Sequence record: SRR16203515_3347
Length of the DNA: 38,320 bases
Reading direction: 5' to 3' (one strand)
The position numbers and the translations under genes are program-made. The notes beneath the pieces are model-generated. The model did no database searches. It was not told the origin of the DNA and saw nothing but the letters and a program-made list of their open reading frames with translations. Position 1 is the first letter of the stretch. Each line of letters opens with the position of its first letter. This document shows positions 20,082 to 28,140 of this stretch, in pieces.

Positions 20082-20542
20082 TGCAAACTCCTTGCTTCAA
20101 CTTGCACCGTCCGACTGCTAATGACTACATTTTTCGAATCACTTACGATAATACCTGAACCACAATTACCTGTACTAGTGACCCTATAAAAGTTCTCTCC
20201 GTCGACGGTTGCATAAAGCACGCAGGTTGCATTGGCTTTACAGGCATTCAAACCATTTATATCACTAAACTCATATTCGGTATCTGGCGGACAGCTTGAA
20301 GTACTGTCGAGAGGGAAAAGTTTTTGCATATGAGCTTGCGCACCGGAATTGGCTGCTGCTAAAGCGCGCGTCCCGATAACTTCTTGTGCGATAGTCTCAC
20401 TACTAGAGTTAAGAATATTTAATAATGCTGTGCCTAACAACATGAGCACTATCAGGATAAAAAGCACCATGAGCATCGCGCTGCCACGAATATTTGTTTT
20501 CGATGGTACATATATTTTATGAGGCTGAGTGCTAGCTTTCAT
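20078..20542 (-). CDS. mshP: MSHA minor pilin MshP (PilX-like)
   Basis: IRG|SAMLMVLFILIVLMLLG, QEVIGTRALAAANSGAQ, C-terminal SRTVQVEAR; ATGA overlap with mshQ. Confidence 0.9.
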   Translation of the reverse strand: MKASTQPHKIYVPSKTNIRGSAMLMVLFILIVLMLLGTALLNILNSSSETIAQEVIGTRALAAANSGAQAHMQKLFPLDSTSSCPPDTEYEFSDINGLNACKANATCVLYATVDGENFYRVTSTGNCGSGIIVSDSKNVVISSRTVQVEARSLQ

Positions 20543-20573
20543 CTAAAACCGATTTGTTGCAAATACTTCTATA

Positions 20574-20590
20574 GGCAAAGGTAACGCCAA
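20574..20590 (-). promoter_or_regulatory. Candidate sigma-54 promoter for mshP-mshQ
   Basis: TTGGCGTTACCTTTGCC (GG-N10-GC) inside the 62-nt gap between the terminator and the mshP ATG. Confidence 0.45.
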
Positions 20591-20604
20591 GTAGCTAAAT
20601 TTGC

Positions 20605-20632
20605 AATAAAAAGCCCCGCTATTGCGAGGCTT
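20605..20632 (-). terminator. Intrinsic terminator of the inserted PEP-CTERM gene, upstream of mshP
   Basis: Minus strand AAGCCTCGC-AATA-GCGGGGCTT followed by TTTATT. Confidence 0.85.
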
Positions 20633-20657
20633 GGTATTATTGATTTGGAAATGCTTT

Positions 20658-21302
20658 TTAGTTTAATCGACTCTTTCTCGACTTTACTGTGAAGCCAATA
20701 ATCGCTAACGAAAAAATTAGCAGAGTAGAAGGCTCTGGAACTGGCTTTGACTCATCGCTATGTAAACGAACAAAAAACACATCAAAACCTGAATCTTGAA
20801 CATATTGGCCTGCAAGATTTGCGAAAGGGTTTATATTATTGTGCGACCCTGCTAACCAATTGCTCGTTATCTCGCCGTTTACAAAGTCACTGGGATTATT
20901 ATTAGCGTCAACAAAAAGAGCGCCAACGTTCCACAAATGCATGCCATGAATCGCACCACCTGCTGTGTTAGTAAAATCTTGTATTGTTATGTTATTTGAA
21001 AAGAAATCGAACTCTTCAGCATCGGCAATACGCCAGCTATTTGCACCAGAAGGGTCTACTACTGAACCGGGTGCGTTAAATGTATTGATTAAACTATAAC
21101 CGCCATTTCCATCGGCACCGTAATAGTGATTTACATTAGCGCTTGACGCCCACACCCAATCAAGCTCAATGATTTCGTTCGCGGCGTTTGTATACTCAAA
21201 GCTTATAAAATATTCATGCTTATCTACGATCAATGCTGCAGAAGCTAGATTAGAAATGCTAGATAAAATAAAGAAAAGGGGAATAAATATTAACTTCAAC
21301 AT
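20658..21302 (-). CDS. PEP-CTERM sorting-domain surface protein lying between mshO and mshP (214 aa)
   Basis: Signal peptide MLKLIFIPLFFILSSISNLASA|ALI; C-terminal PVPEPST, LLIFSLAIIGFTV, KSRKSR. Start placed at ATG 21302 (GAGA upstream) rather than GTG 21314. Confidence 0.95.
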   Translation of the reverse strand: MLKLIFIPLFFILSSISNLASAALIVDKHEYFISFEYTNAANEIIELDWVWASSANVNHYYGADGNGGYSLINTFNAPGSVVDPSGANSWRIADAEEFDFFSNNITIQDFTNTAGGAIHGMHLWNVGALFVDANNNPSDFVNGEITSNWLAGSHNNINPFANLAGQYVQDSGFDVFFVRLHSDESKPVPEPSTLLIFSLAIIGFTVKSRKSRLN

Positions 21303-21382
21303 TATAATTCTCACTTAATGTACATCATTCGGTCAATTTAAGTCGCATTCTTATTGTCTCTGCGACGCTCTATATTAATCAA

Positions 21383-21399
21383 AGCAAAAAACGAACCAT
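21383..21399 (-). promoter_or_regulatory. Sigma-54 (-24/-12) promoter of the inserted PEP-CTERM gene
   Basis: Minus strand ATGGTTCGTTTTTTGCT (GG-N10-GC, TTGCT at -12), 80 nt before the ATG. Confidence 0.75.
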
Positions 21400-21460
21400 A
21401 AATATAAAACGCATATAAAACAAATGACTAATTAGTTTTATATGGATAAAGAAAACAAGG

Positions 21461-21477
21461 TGTAAAAAGAGCCGACA
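21461..21477 (-). promoter_or_regulatory. Candidate enhancer-binding-protein site TGT-N11-ACA (PEP-CTERM box)
   Basis: Minus strand TGTCGGCTCTTTTTACA, 2 nt after the mshO stop and 61 nt upstream of the sigma-54 motif. Confidence 0.75.
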
Positions 21478-21479
21478 GT

Positions 21480-22328
21480 TTACGGAACATTTTCAATATG
21501 TATTTCATTCTCATAGACGTAGCTTTCTTCGTTTTTAGTAAAGTGCAATCGAACTTGCACTAAAGCATTTCGTTTTAGCGTGGCAGGGGTATATACAAAC
21601 GCTGGCGAAGCATCGTTGAAGTTTATATATTCTGCCATTAAAACATTTGAAGATGGCGGAGGCACTAATTGTGAGCCCCCTAATGAGTTGTCATAGCGAT
21701 AAACGCCACCAAATAGTAGACAATAGCTGATTTGGTTATTTCCGATGTAGATTCGTTTAGTTGGCGATTCTTCATCAAATAAAAAAGACGTATTCAGCAG
21801 TGGAATTGTCCATTCATCACCGCTAACAGGTGGAGTGAAATTGCCAACATTAGCAACTTTACCCGTACTATCAGAGCTGAGTTCATATACTTCTTCATCG
21901 TTTAACGGATATACAATTGCCCTGTCTCGACAACCATCACACTTATAGTCTGCACCTGTTGAATCACGAAACTTTACAACTTTAACTTCATTCGATGCGT
22001 CATCAGGAGACACTGGAATATCAGTGTAATAGGTACTAGCTATTATAGGTGCAAACTCAATACACTGAGCAAACTGATTACCTTTAACGCGAATGCTATT
22101 AGGAATAGCATTTCTGATTTCCCTATTGAGCCTTTCCACTATAAACCTTGCACTAGAAAGCAATTCGTCTCGGTCACTGACATTGATATAAGTCTGCGTT
22201 GCTAATTTCATAAATCCAGAGATACCAACCGCCATCACTCCGAGCAAAACAAGCACTAAAACCAATTCTATTAGTGTAAAGCCCCTGTGCTTCTCTAGTT
22301 TAATTTTGTTGGTTTTGATTATTTTCAT
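21480..22328 (-). CDS. mshO: MSHA minor pilin MshO
   Basis: RG|FTLIELVLVLVLLG, RFIVERLNREIRNAIPNSIR, CIEFAPI; ends EIHIENVP. Confidence 0.92.
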   Translation of the reverse strand: MKIIKTNKIKLEKHRGFTLIELVLVLVLLGVMAVGISGFMKLATQTYINVSDRDELLSSARFIVERLNREIRNAIPNSIRVKGNQFAQCIEFAPIIASTYYTDIPVSPDDASNEVKVVKFRDSTGADYKCDGCRDRAIVYPLNDEEVYELSSDSTGKVANVGNFTPPVSGDEWTIPLLNTSFLFDEESPTKRIYIGNNQISYCLLFGGVYRYDNSLGGSQLVPPPSSNVLMAEYINFNDASPAFVYTPATLKRNALVQVRLHFTKNEESYVYENEIHIENVP

Positions 22329-22342
22329 AAATAATAAAAGAC

Positions 22343-22897
22343 TTAAAAATTGGCTTTGTAGCTGGCAAAGGTAATATCAGTGCCCAGCGGCGTAGTCACT
22401 GTGATTTGAATAAGTTTTGCCAAAGCATTGTTTTGTGGGCTAACACCTAAACCTAGCTCGTCTGCATTATCGTATGCAACAGTTACAAGAATAGAGAAAG
22501 AGTTGTAGCCTGAATCAAGGCTACCTTCTGTTGAACTAATTTTTGCTGTATAACCGTCGTAGTCATCTACATCATTGAAAGTAGACCTAGTTTCGGAACC
22601 TTCAATACCAAGTGACGTTGTACAAGTAACATAACCCGTTTCGTCACAACGGTCTCGTCCGCCAGCCATATCTGAATTATTATCAAATGCTTTAGCCATG
22701 ATTTCATTCATTAGCGATTGAGCAAGTTCAGCAGCCTTAACTTGGTGAATTTGATCGGCACTTTTTTGTTCTGTCGGTGCGATAAAAGAGGTTACTATCG
22801 CAAGAGAAATTGACAGCGCGACAATACCAATAATCACTTCGATAAGCGTAAATCCACGTTGGGCAACTCTTTCCTTTGTAGCGTAGTTATGTCGCAT
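22343..22897 (-). CDS. mshD: MSHA minor pilin MshD
   Basis: RG|FTLIEVIIGIV, AAELAQSLMNEI..KAFD, FNDVDDYDG; ends YKANF. Likely start ATG 22897 overlapping the end of mshC. Confidence 0.92.
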   Translation of the reverse strand: MRHNYATKERVAQRGFTLIEVIIGIVALSISLAIVTSFIAPTEQKSADQIHQVKAAELAQSLMNEIMAKAFDNNSDMAGGRDRCDETGYVTCTTSLGIEGSETRSTFNDVDDYDGYTAKISSTEGSLDSGYNSFSILVTVAYDNADELGLGVSPQNNALAKLIQITVTTPLGTDITFASYKANF

Positions 22898-23363
22898 GAA
22901 TATAGCCCTCAGACTCAATTGTAATATTGAGCGTTTCTGCGGCACTGGAAACTGTTATTGTGCAACCATCGAGACAATCTTCTAGCGGCCGCCCCATAGA
23001 ATCAAAGCTAATAACATTTGGTGAAGCCCCAAAGGTCACCCCATACCTTTCCTCGACAACATGACCCGTAGCGTCGGGCTCCCAGCCTGTTACGGGAATA
23101 ACTTTAACCGAGCAATCTGTTCTATTTGGAACGCCATATTTGCGAGGTTCAATCACTAGTTGATTGCAATAACTATTGTCCGTATTTTGCATCGCGCGCT
23201 GCTGCGTCAAACGCAATGCTGATATAAGTTGATCGCGAAAAGTATACGCTTCATAAGACGACGTGCCATCAAACTTTGGAATCACTACAACGGTGAGAAC
23301 TCCAAGCAGGATTATCACTGTCACTAATTCAATAATGGTAAAACCGCCGTTATTCTTATACAT
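22887..23363 (-). CDS. mshC: MSHA minor pilin MshC
   Basis: GG|FTIIELVTVIILLGVL, ISALRLTQQRAMQ, FDSMGRP, IESEGYIH. Confidence 0.92.
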   Translation of the reverse strand: MYKNNGGFTIIELVTVIILLGVLTVVVIPKFDGTSSYEAYTFRDQLISALRLTQQRAMQNTDNSYCNQLVIEPRKYGVPNRTDCSVKVIPVTGWEPDATGHVVEERYGVTFGASPNVISFDSMGRPLEDCLDGCTITVSSAAETLNITIESEGYIHAT

Positions 23364-23377
23364 ATTTTTCTATTATC

Positions 23378-23403
23378 AAAAAAGGAGAGCGATGCTCTCC
23401 TTT
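23378..23403 (-). terminator. Intrinsic terminator/attenuator hairpin after mshA
   Basis: Minus strand AAAGGAGAGC-ATC-GCTCTCCTTT followed by TTT; perfect 10-bp stem. Confidence 0.85.
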
Positions 23404-23428
23404 GTTTCAAGTCAATTCTACAGAAAGG

Positions 23429-23917
23429 TTATTCGCAATCAGTAACTACTGGCGAAGGCACATCGGTAGTGCCTGTAGACTCTTCGTATTCCACAAAGCA
23501 ATCTGTAGGAGCCACTGTTAATACCGTTCCGCTATTGTCTAGATCTGGCGTAACATAAATTCTGTCGGTAATGAAAGACACGACAAAGTCATTACCTAAT
23601 TCCAGCATATTATCCCATGAAGTTTTAGCGTCCGCATCATTTGAACGTGGGTATCCGTAGGCGATAGGTTCGTCAACAGTGTTAACTTTAACGGTAGCAG
23701 TTGCTTCTTCTTCATTACCTGCAATCAGAGACTTACTATGAACTAACGTGCCAACACTTTGCATAGATGCTTTAACTGCGTTTAGAGTTCCTGTTCTAGC
23801 ATCGGCTTGCAGGTTGATGAATTTAGGCGCAGCTGTAACGGCTAAAATGCCTAAAATAACAATCACGACAACTAGCTCGATAAGCGTAAAACCTTGTTGA
23901 GTCTTAAGTGTTTTCAT
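23429..23917 (-). CDS. mshA: MSHA major pilin MshA
   Basis: QG|FTLIELVVVIVILGILAVTAAPKFINLQADAR, YGYP, C-terminal Cys pair; AAGG RBS. Confidence 0.93.
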   Translation of the reverse strand: MKTLKTQQGFTLIELVVVIVILGILAVTAAPKFINLQADARTGTLNAVKASMQSVGTLVHSKSLIAGNEEEATATVKVNTVDEPIAYGYPRSNDADAKTSWDNMLELGNDFVVSFITDRIYVTPDLDNSGTVLTVAPTDCFVEYEESTGTTDVPSPVVTDCE

Positions 23918-23955
23918 TTATATGTACCTTATTATGAGATTTTTATTCTAGTGAA

Positions 23956-24558
23956 TTAATTAATATGAACAATAACCGAGCTATTTGCCGGTTGATAAGT
24001 AAAACTATTGCCAATGCTGGTGCTATTAGACGGATTGACGTAATCGCCACTCGTTCTTTGTAATGACTCTTTTAAATAATAATGACATAAACTCGCAGCG
24101 CCAGTTTCAGACTTACTTACGAAGTAGTTAATTGAATCATCACTATTGAGTGTTGCAAGATCAGAGGTTACAGAAGGTGGTTGCTGAAGAATATTTTCCC
24201 AAATTTCAACGCAGTTATCGGCTGTAAATCCGCCACCAAGACTTGCTCCGCCTGTTAAACCAACAACATAGCCTGGTCGGATTCCAGCGGCGCTATCTTC
24301 CGTCGTTAGCACGACTTCAACGCCATCATAATCTACCGCATTTTGACTACTTGTATTTTGTGGACGCCCTTCAGCTTCCCATTGAGATCTGACTAAAGAA
24401 ACACCCGTAGCATAACCACCGGCCATACCTTCAATATTTGCCTTCTTGGCTTGATCGGTTAGGTCTAAAAATTTAGGCAACGCAGTAACTGCAAGAAAGC
24501 CCAAGATAACGACAACTATCACCAACTCAATTAGTGTAAAACCCGACTGTTTTTTCAT
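23956..24558 (-). CDS. mshB: MSHA minor pilin MshB
   Basis: MKKQSG|FTLIELVIVVVILGFLAVTALPKF, IEGMAGGYATGVSLVRSQWEAEGRP; GAGG RBS before ATG 24558. Confidence 0.92.
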   Translation of the reverse strand: MKKQSGFTLIELVIVVVILGFLAVTALPKFLDLTDQAKKANIEGMAGGYATGVSLVRSQWEAEGRPQNTSSQNAVDYDGVEVVLTTEDSAAGIRPGYVVGLTGGASLGGGFTADNCVEIWENILQQPPSVTSDLATLNSDDSINYFVSKSETGAASLCHYYLKESLQRTSGDYVNPSNSTSIGNSFTYQPANSSVIVHIN

Positions 24559-24587
24559 ATAAACCTCTAAACTGATCAATTAACCTA

Positions 24588-24617
24588 ATTCTAGCAACGA
24601 TTCTGGAACTAAGTCAC
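24588..24617 (-). promoter_or_regulatory. Possible sigma-70 promoter for the pilin genes (mshB onward)
   Basis: GTGACT-N18-TAGAAT with a TG extended -10, in the mshF-mshB gap. Pattern match only. Confidence 0.35.
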
Positions 24618-24657
24618 TTATTAATACCACAAAGTAACAAATTTAAACATACTGTAA

Positions 24658-25167
24658 TTAAAGTAAAATATCGCTTACTTTTCCAGTGTTTGTGTCATAT
24701 TTGAAGTGTTCCCCTGAGGGTAACTCGTATCGACATATTCTATTTCTACCGCTACTTTCTCTCTTGATTTCAACAGAACTAATAGGTGAATTCATTAATT
24801 CCATCGGTACTTCCATTGTTAAATGCCAAATTTCCTGACAAGCATTTCCATTGTCTGGTGCATCAATCCACCCACCAGCATTAACTAAAATACGTCTAGT
24901 TTCGACTTTCTTTGAGTCAATTCTATATTCTTTTTCATAAACAACATCAGGCTTTAGGTCCATAATCCACTGCGCATGCACTATGTTGACACGACTTGAA
25001 AAGGTGTTCTTTAGCGCACCAAACCCTGCCGCTGTGAACCTATTCTCCTGTGCAAAAAAATAGTAAATAAAGATAGCCATCAGAATACCTAGCATTCCGA
25101 CAATAATTAGCAGTTCCCCAAGTGATTTCTCATTTTTCTCAGTTGCGGCATTTCCTGCTGAGCGCAT
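24658..25167 (-). CDS. mshF: MSHA biogenesis protein MshF
   Basis: Position between mshG and mshB; single N-terminal TM; VNIVHAQW, VNAGGW, C..IW and CRY motifs. Likely start ATG 25167, just after the mshG stop. Confidence 0.75.
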   Translation of the reverse strand: MRSAGNAATEKNEKSLGELLIIVGMLGILMAIFIYYFFAQENRFTAAGFGALKNTFSSRVNIVHAQWIMDLKPDVVYEKEYRIDSKKVETRRILVNAGGWIDAPDNGNACQEIWHLTMEVPMELMNSPISSVEIKRESSGRNRICRYELPSGEHFKYDTNTGKVSDILL

Positions 25168-25172
25168 AATGT

Positions 25173-26414
25173 TTACTTCCCTTGGAACGCCGACATCATG
25201 TCCCACATTGGTGTAAATATACCTAGAGCAAGAATCAAGACCATGCTGGCGACAGCTACAATAAGTATTGGTTCGATTTTAGCGGTTAATGTACTTAAAT
25301 CGTAGTCAACTTCACGCTCGTAGTAGTCACCTACTTCTGCCAGTAGCTCATCAACTCGACCCGTTTCTTCGCCTACTGCTATCATTTGTAAAACAAGCGG
25401 CGTAAACAAGGTACTCGCAATAGAGGCTCTTAAAAGGCTTTCACCGCTTTCTATTGATAGCCTCATTGAGATGATTTTGTCTCTCATGTACGTATTATCA
25501 ACGGCATCAGCAACTAGGTTTAACCCTGAGGTCATTGGAACGCCAGCTTTAAGCACTATTGCGAAACTATGCGCAAATCGGCTTAATATCGAACGTTCAA
25601 TAATAGAACCTATGATAGGTAACTTAGCTTTACGCCGATCCCAAATATATCTGCCTCTATCTGTTTTTAATGCATGTCTTATACCAAAAAATAGCGCCAC
25701 TAACCCGACAATTAAATGGGGCCAATAATTGACAAAAAAGTTCGAACTAGTAATCAAAGCTTTGGTTGCCCAAGGTAAATCAGCTCCTAATTTGCTGAAC
25801 ATGGTTGCAAAAATAGGGATAACCCAGATATTGAGGATCACGATTGCAATGGATATCGCGATCAGTACGAATGACGGGTATCGAAAGGCGGTTTTTATGC
25901 GCTTTCTGGTTTCTTGTTCACGCTCAAAATAACTCGCTAACTTCAAAAACGATTCGTCAAGTTGACCCGTGTTCTCACCAACATGTATTAGTGAAATAAA
26001 CAAGGGGGTAAAAATTTTGGGGTGTTGATTCAATGCAGAAGACAGCGCATAGCCGCCTTCCAACAGGGCCGCTATTTCTATCAATGATTTTTGCAACGCC
26101 GGTGAGGTACTTGATTCTGCCATACCGTTTATGGCTCTAAGAATAGGTACGCCAGATTTCATCAAGGCATACATTTGACGACAGAAAACAATTAGTTCGT
26201 CGAGGCTAACTTGGCTAAAACCTAGCAATGCAGAAATATTGATATTCGCAATATCGGAACCAGAAGCCCCTTTCTTTTCGGCCATATTAATTGCTACGGG
26301 CGTAATGCTTTGACGATAAAGTGCTTCAGCAACAGCCGCGCTATTCGCTGCTTCCAACTGCCCCTTTACTTGACCGCCGTTCGCGTTTCTGCCGATATAA
26401 TTAAATGAAGCCAT
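25173..26414 (-). CDS. mshG: MSHA inner-membrane platform protein MshG (PilC/GspF family)
   Basis: FCRQMYALMKSGVPI, GENTGQLD, AFRYPSFV, QMIAVGEETGRVD, KIEPIL, LGIFTPMWDM. Confidence 0.96.
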   Translation of the reverse strand: MASFNYIGRNANGGQVKGQLEAANSAAVAEALYRQSITPVAINMAEKKGASGSDIANINISALLGFSQVSLDELIVFCRQMYALMKSGVPILRAINGMAESSTSPALQKSLIEIAALLEGGYALSSALNQHPKIFTPLFISLIHVGENTGQLDESFLKLASYFEREQETRKRIKTAFRYPSFVLIAISIAIVILNIWVIPIFATMFSKLGADLPWATKALITSSNFFVNYWPHLIVGLVALFFGIRHALKTDRGRYIWDRRKAKLPIIGSIIERSILSRFAHSFAIVLKAGVPMTSGLNLVADAVDNTYMRDKIISMRLSIESGESLLRASIASTLFTPLVLQMIAVGEETGRVDELLAEVGDYYEREVDYDLSTLTAKIEPILIVAVASMVLILALGIFTPMWDMMSAFQGK

Positions 26415-26420
26415 AATCTA

Positions 26421-28139
26421 TTATTGTCCTGATACTTCAACGGTTTCAACTAAACGTAGTACTTCTTCAACACTCGTCACACCGTTAGTTGCATAGTCGT
26501 AAGCGGCTTTAGCAAGTGGCACGAACGTTGGGTTTTGTTTTGATAGCTGAGTGAACGCCTCTGCGTCATCATTCTTAAGAGCAGCCATCATCGCATCATT
26601 CATTTCCAATAATTCGAAGACACCAATTCTGCCTTTGTAACCTGTATGGTTACAACTTTGACACCCCTTACCGTGCATGAACCTTTGCTCTTTTACGCCC
26701 TCACCTGCGAGATTAGTCAGCCAAAATAGCTCTTGGCTTGTCGGCGTATATTCTTCAGGGCAACTATCACAAACCCTTCTGACTAGTCTTTGCGCGACAA
26801 CTGCCCGCAGTGAACTTCCGACGAGGAAACCCGCCGCGCCCATATCAATCAATCGTAACGCACTGGTTATCGCATCATTAGTATGTAGAGTAGATAATAC
26901 TAAATGGCCCGTCAGTGCGCCTCGAAGACCGATTTCGACCGTTTCTTGATCACGCATCTCACCGACCATTAAGATATCGGGATCTTGACGAAGTGAAGTT
27001 CTTAAAATGCTAGAAAAGCTCAAATCAATTTTACTATTCACTTGTACTTGATTGACGCGTGGCAAGCGATACTCGACCGGATCTTCAACCGTAATGATCT
27101 TTTTGGTTGAAAGGTTTAGCTCGCTAAGGGCCGCATAAAGCGTGGTGGTTTTACCGCTACCTGTAGGACCAGTAACTAGTATCATTCCGTGCGGTCGAGT
27201 GATCTGATGCCGTAACCGTTCAACAATATTATCCGGCATACCGGTTTGATCGAAAGACAATAAGCCCGCAGATTGATCGAGTAAACGCATAACCACAGAC
27301 TCGCCGTATTGCACAGGCATTGTTGACATACGAACGTCGATACTATGCCCTTTAATTTGCAAGTTAAATCGACCGTCTTGCGGTAACCTTTTTTCCGAGA
27401 TATCTAGGCCAGCCATCAATTTAAGGCGCAATACCATGGCAGCAGCGATCTTACTTTCTTTTAAGATATTTTCTTGCAGCACACCATCAATACGTTGGCG
27501 AATTCTTAATTGATTTTCGTCGGGTTCAATATGAATATCTGACGCTCGCATTTGTACAGCGTCTTCAAATACTGACTGTAAAAGTTTGCCAACGGTAGCA
27601 TCGCCGCCTTCGTCAACAAAAGACGTCGATAAATCAAATTCAGACGTCTCTTCGTATTCTTCTTCTAGTTGGCTTGCAAAAGATTCAATGTCTGCGGTTC
27701 GACGATATATACCGTCAAAAGCCTCAAATAACTGCGACTCCATAACCACGGCTAGTTTTAACTTTTTAGGAGAAAACATGCTTTCTAACTGATCAAGGCC
27801 ACCTAAATCGGCAGGATCACTCATACCAATTAATACGGATTCCGAATCACTTTCGATGACTAACGCACGAAGCCTTCGAGCATGTACTTCAGGAAGGATG
27901 CTTGCAACTTCAGCTGGAATTCTTCGCTGACTGATATCGAGAAAAGGTACATCAAGTTGTTGAGCAAGGAACTCTAAAAGTTGACGTTCGCCGATATGAC
28001 CAAGTTCAATTAGCGTATCACCGAGCTTTCTACCGGTAGATTTTTGGCTATTCAGCGCCTGCATAAGTTGTTCGTTTGTGATGATATGTTCGTGTACTAA
28101 CAAATCACCCAGTCGCATTTTTAACTTTGGTGCTGCCAC
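26421..28139 (-). CDS. mshE: MSHA extension ATPase MshE (PilB/GspE family, with MshEN domain)
   Basis: RLGDLLV..QALNSQ..KLGDTLI tandem motif, ASDIHIEP, Walker A GPTGSGKTT, EDPVEY, LRQDPD..VGEMRD, STLHTND, CxxC..CxxC. Confidence 0.97.
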   Translation of the reverse strand: MAAPKLKMRLGDLLVHEHIITNEQLMQALNSQKSTGRKLGDTLIELGHIGERQLLEFLAQQLDVPFLDISQRRIPAEVASILPEVHARRLRALVIESDSESVLIGMSDPADLGGLDQLESMFSPKKLKLAVVMESQLFEAFDGIYRRTADIESFASQLEEEYEETSEFDLSTSFVDEGGDATVGKLLQSVFEDAVQMRASDIHIEPDENQLRIRQRIDGVLQENILKESKIAAAMVLRLKLMAGLDISEKRLPQDGRFNLQIKGHSIDVRMSTMPVQYGESVVMRLLDQSAGLLSFDQTGMPDNIVERLRHQITRPHGMILVTGPTGSGKTTTLYAALSELNLSTKKIITVEDPVEYRLPRVNQVQVNSKIDLSFSSILRTSLRQDPDILMVGEMRDQETVEIGLRGALTGHLVLSTLHTNDAITSALRLIDMGAAGFLVGSSLRAVVAQRLVRRVCDSCPEEYTPTSQELFWLTNLAGEGVKEQRFMHGKGCQSCNHTGYKGRIGVFELLEMNDAMMAALKNDDAEAFTQLSKQNPTFVPLAKAAYDYATNGVTSVEEVLRLVETVEVSGQ

Positions 28140-28140
28140 T

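Noticed and set aside
20605-21477. Insertion sequence or integron cassette as the source of the PEP-CTERM insertion
   Set aside because: No transposase or integrase, terminal inverted repeats, exact target duplication or attC-like structure seen.
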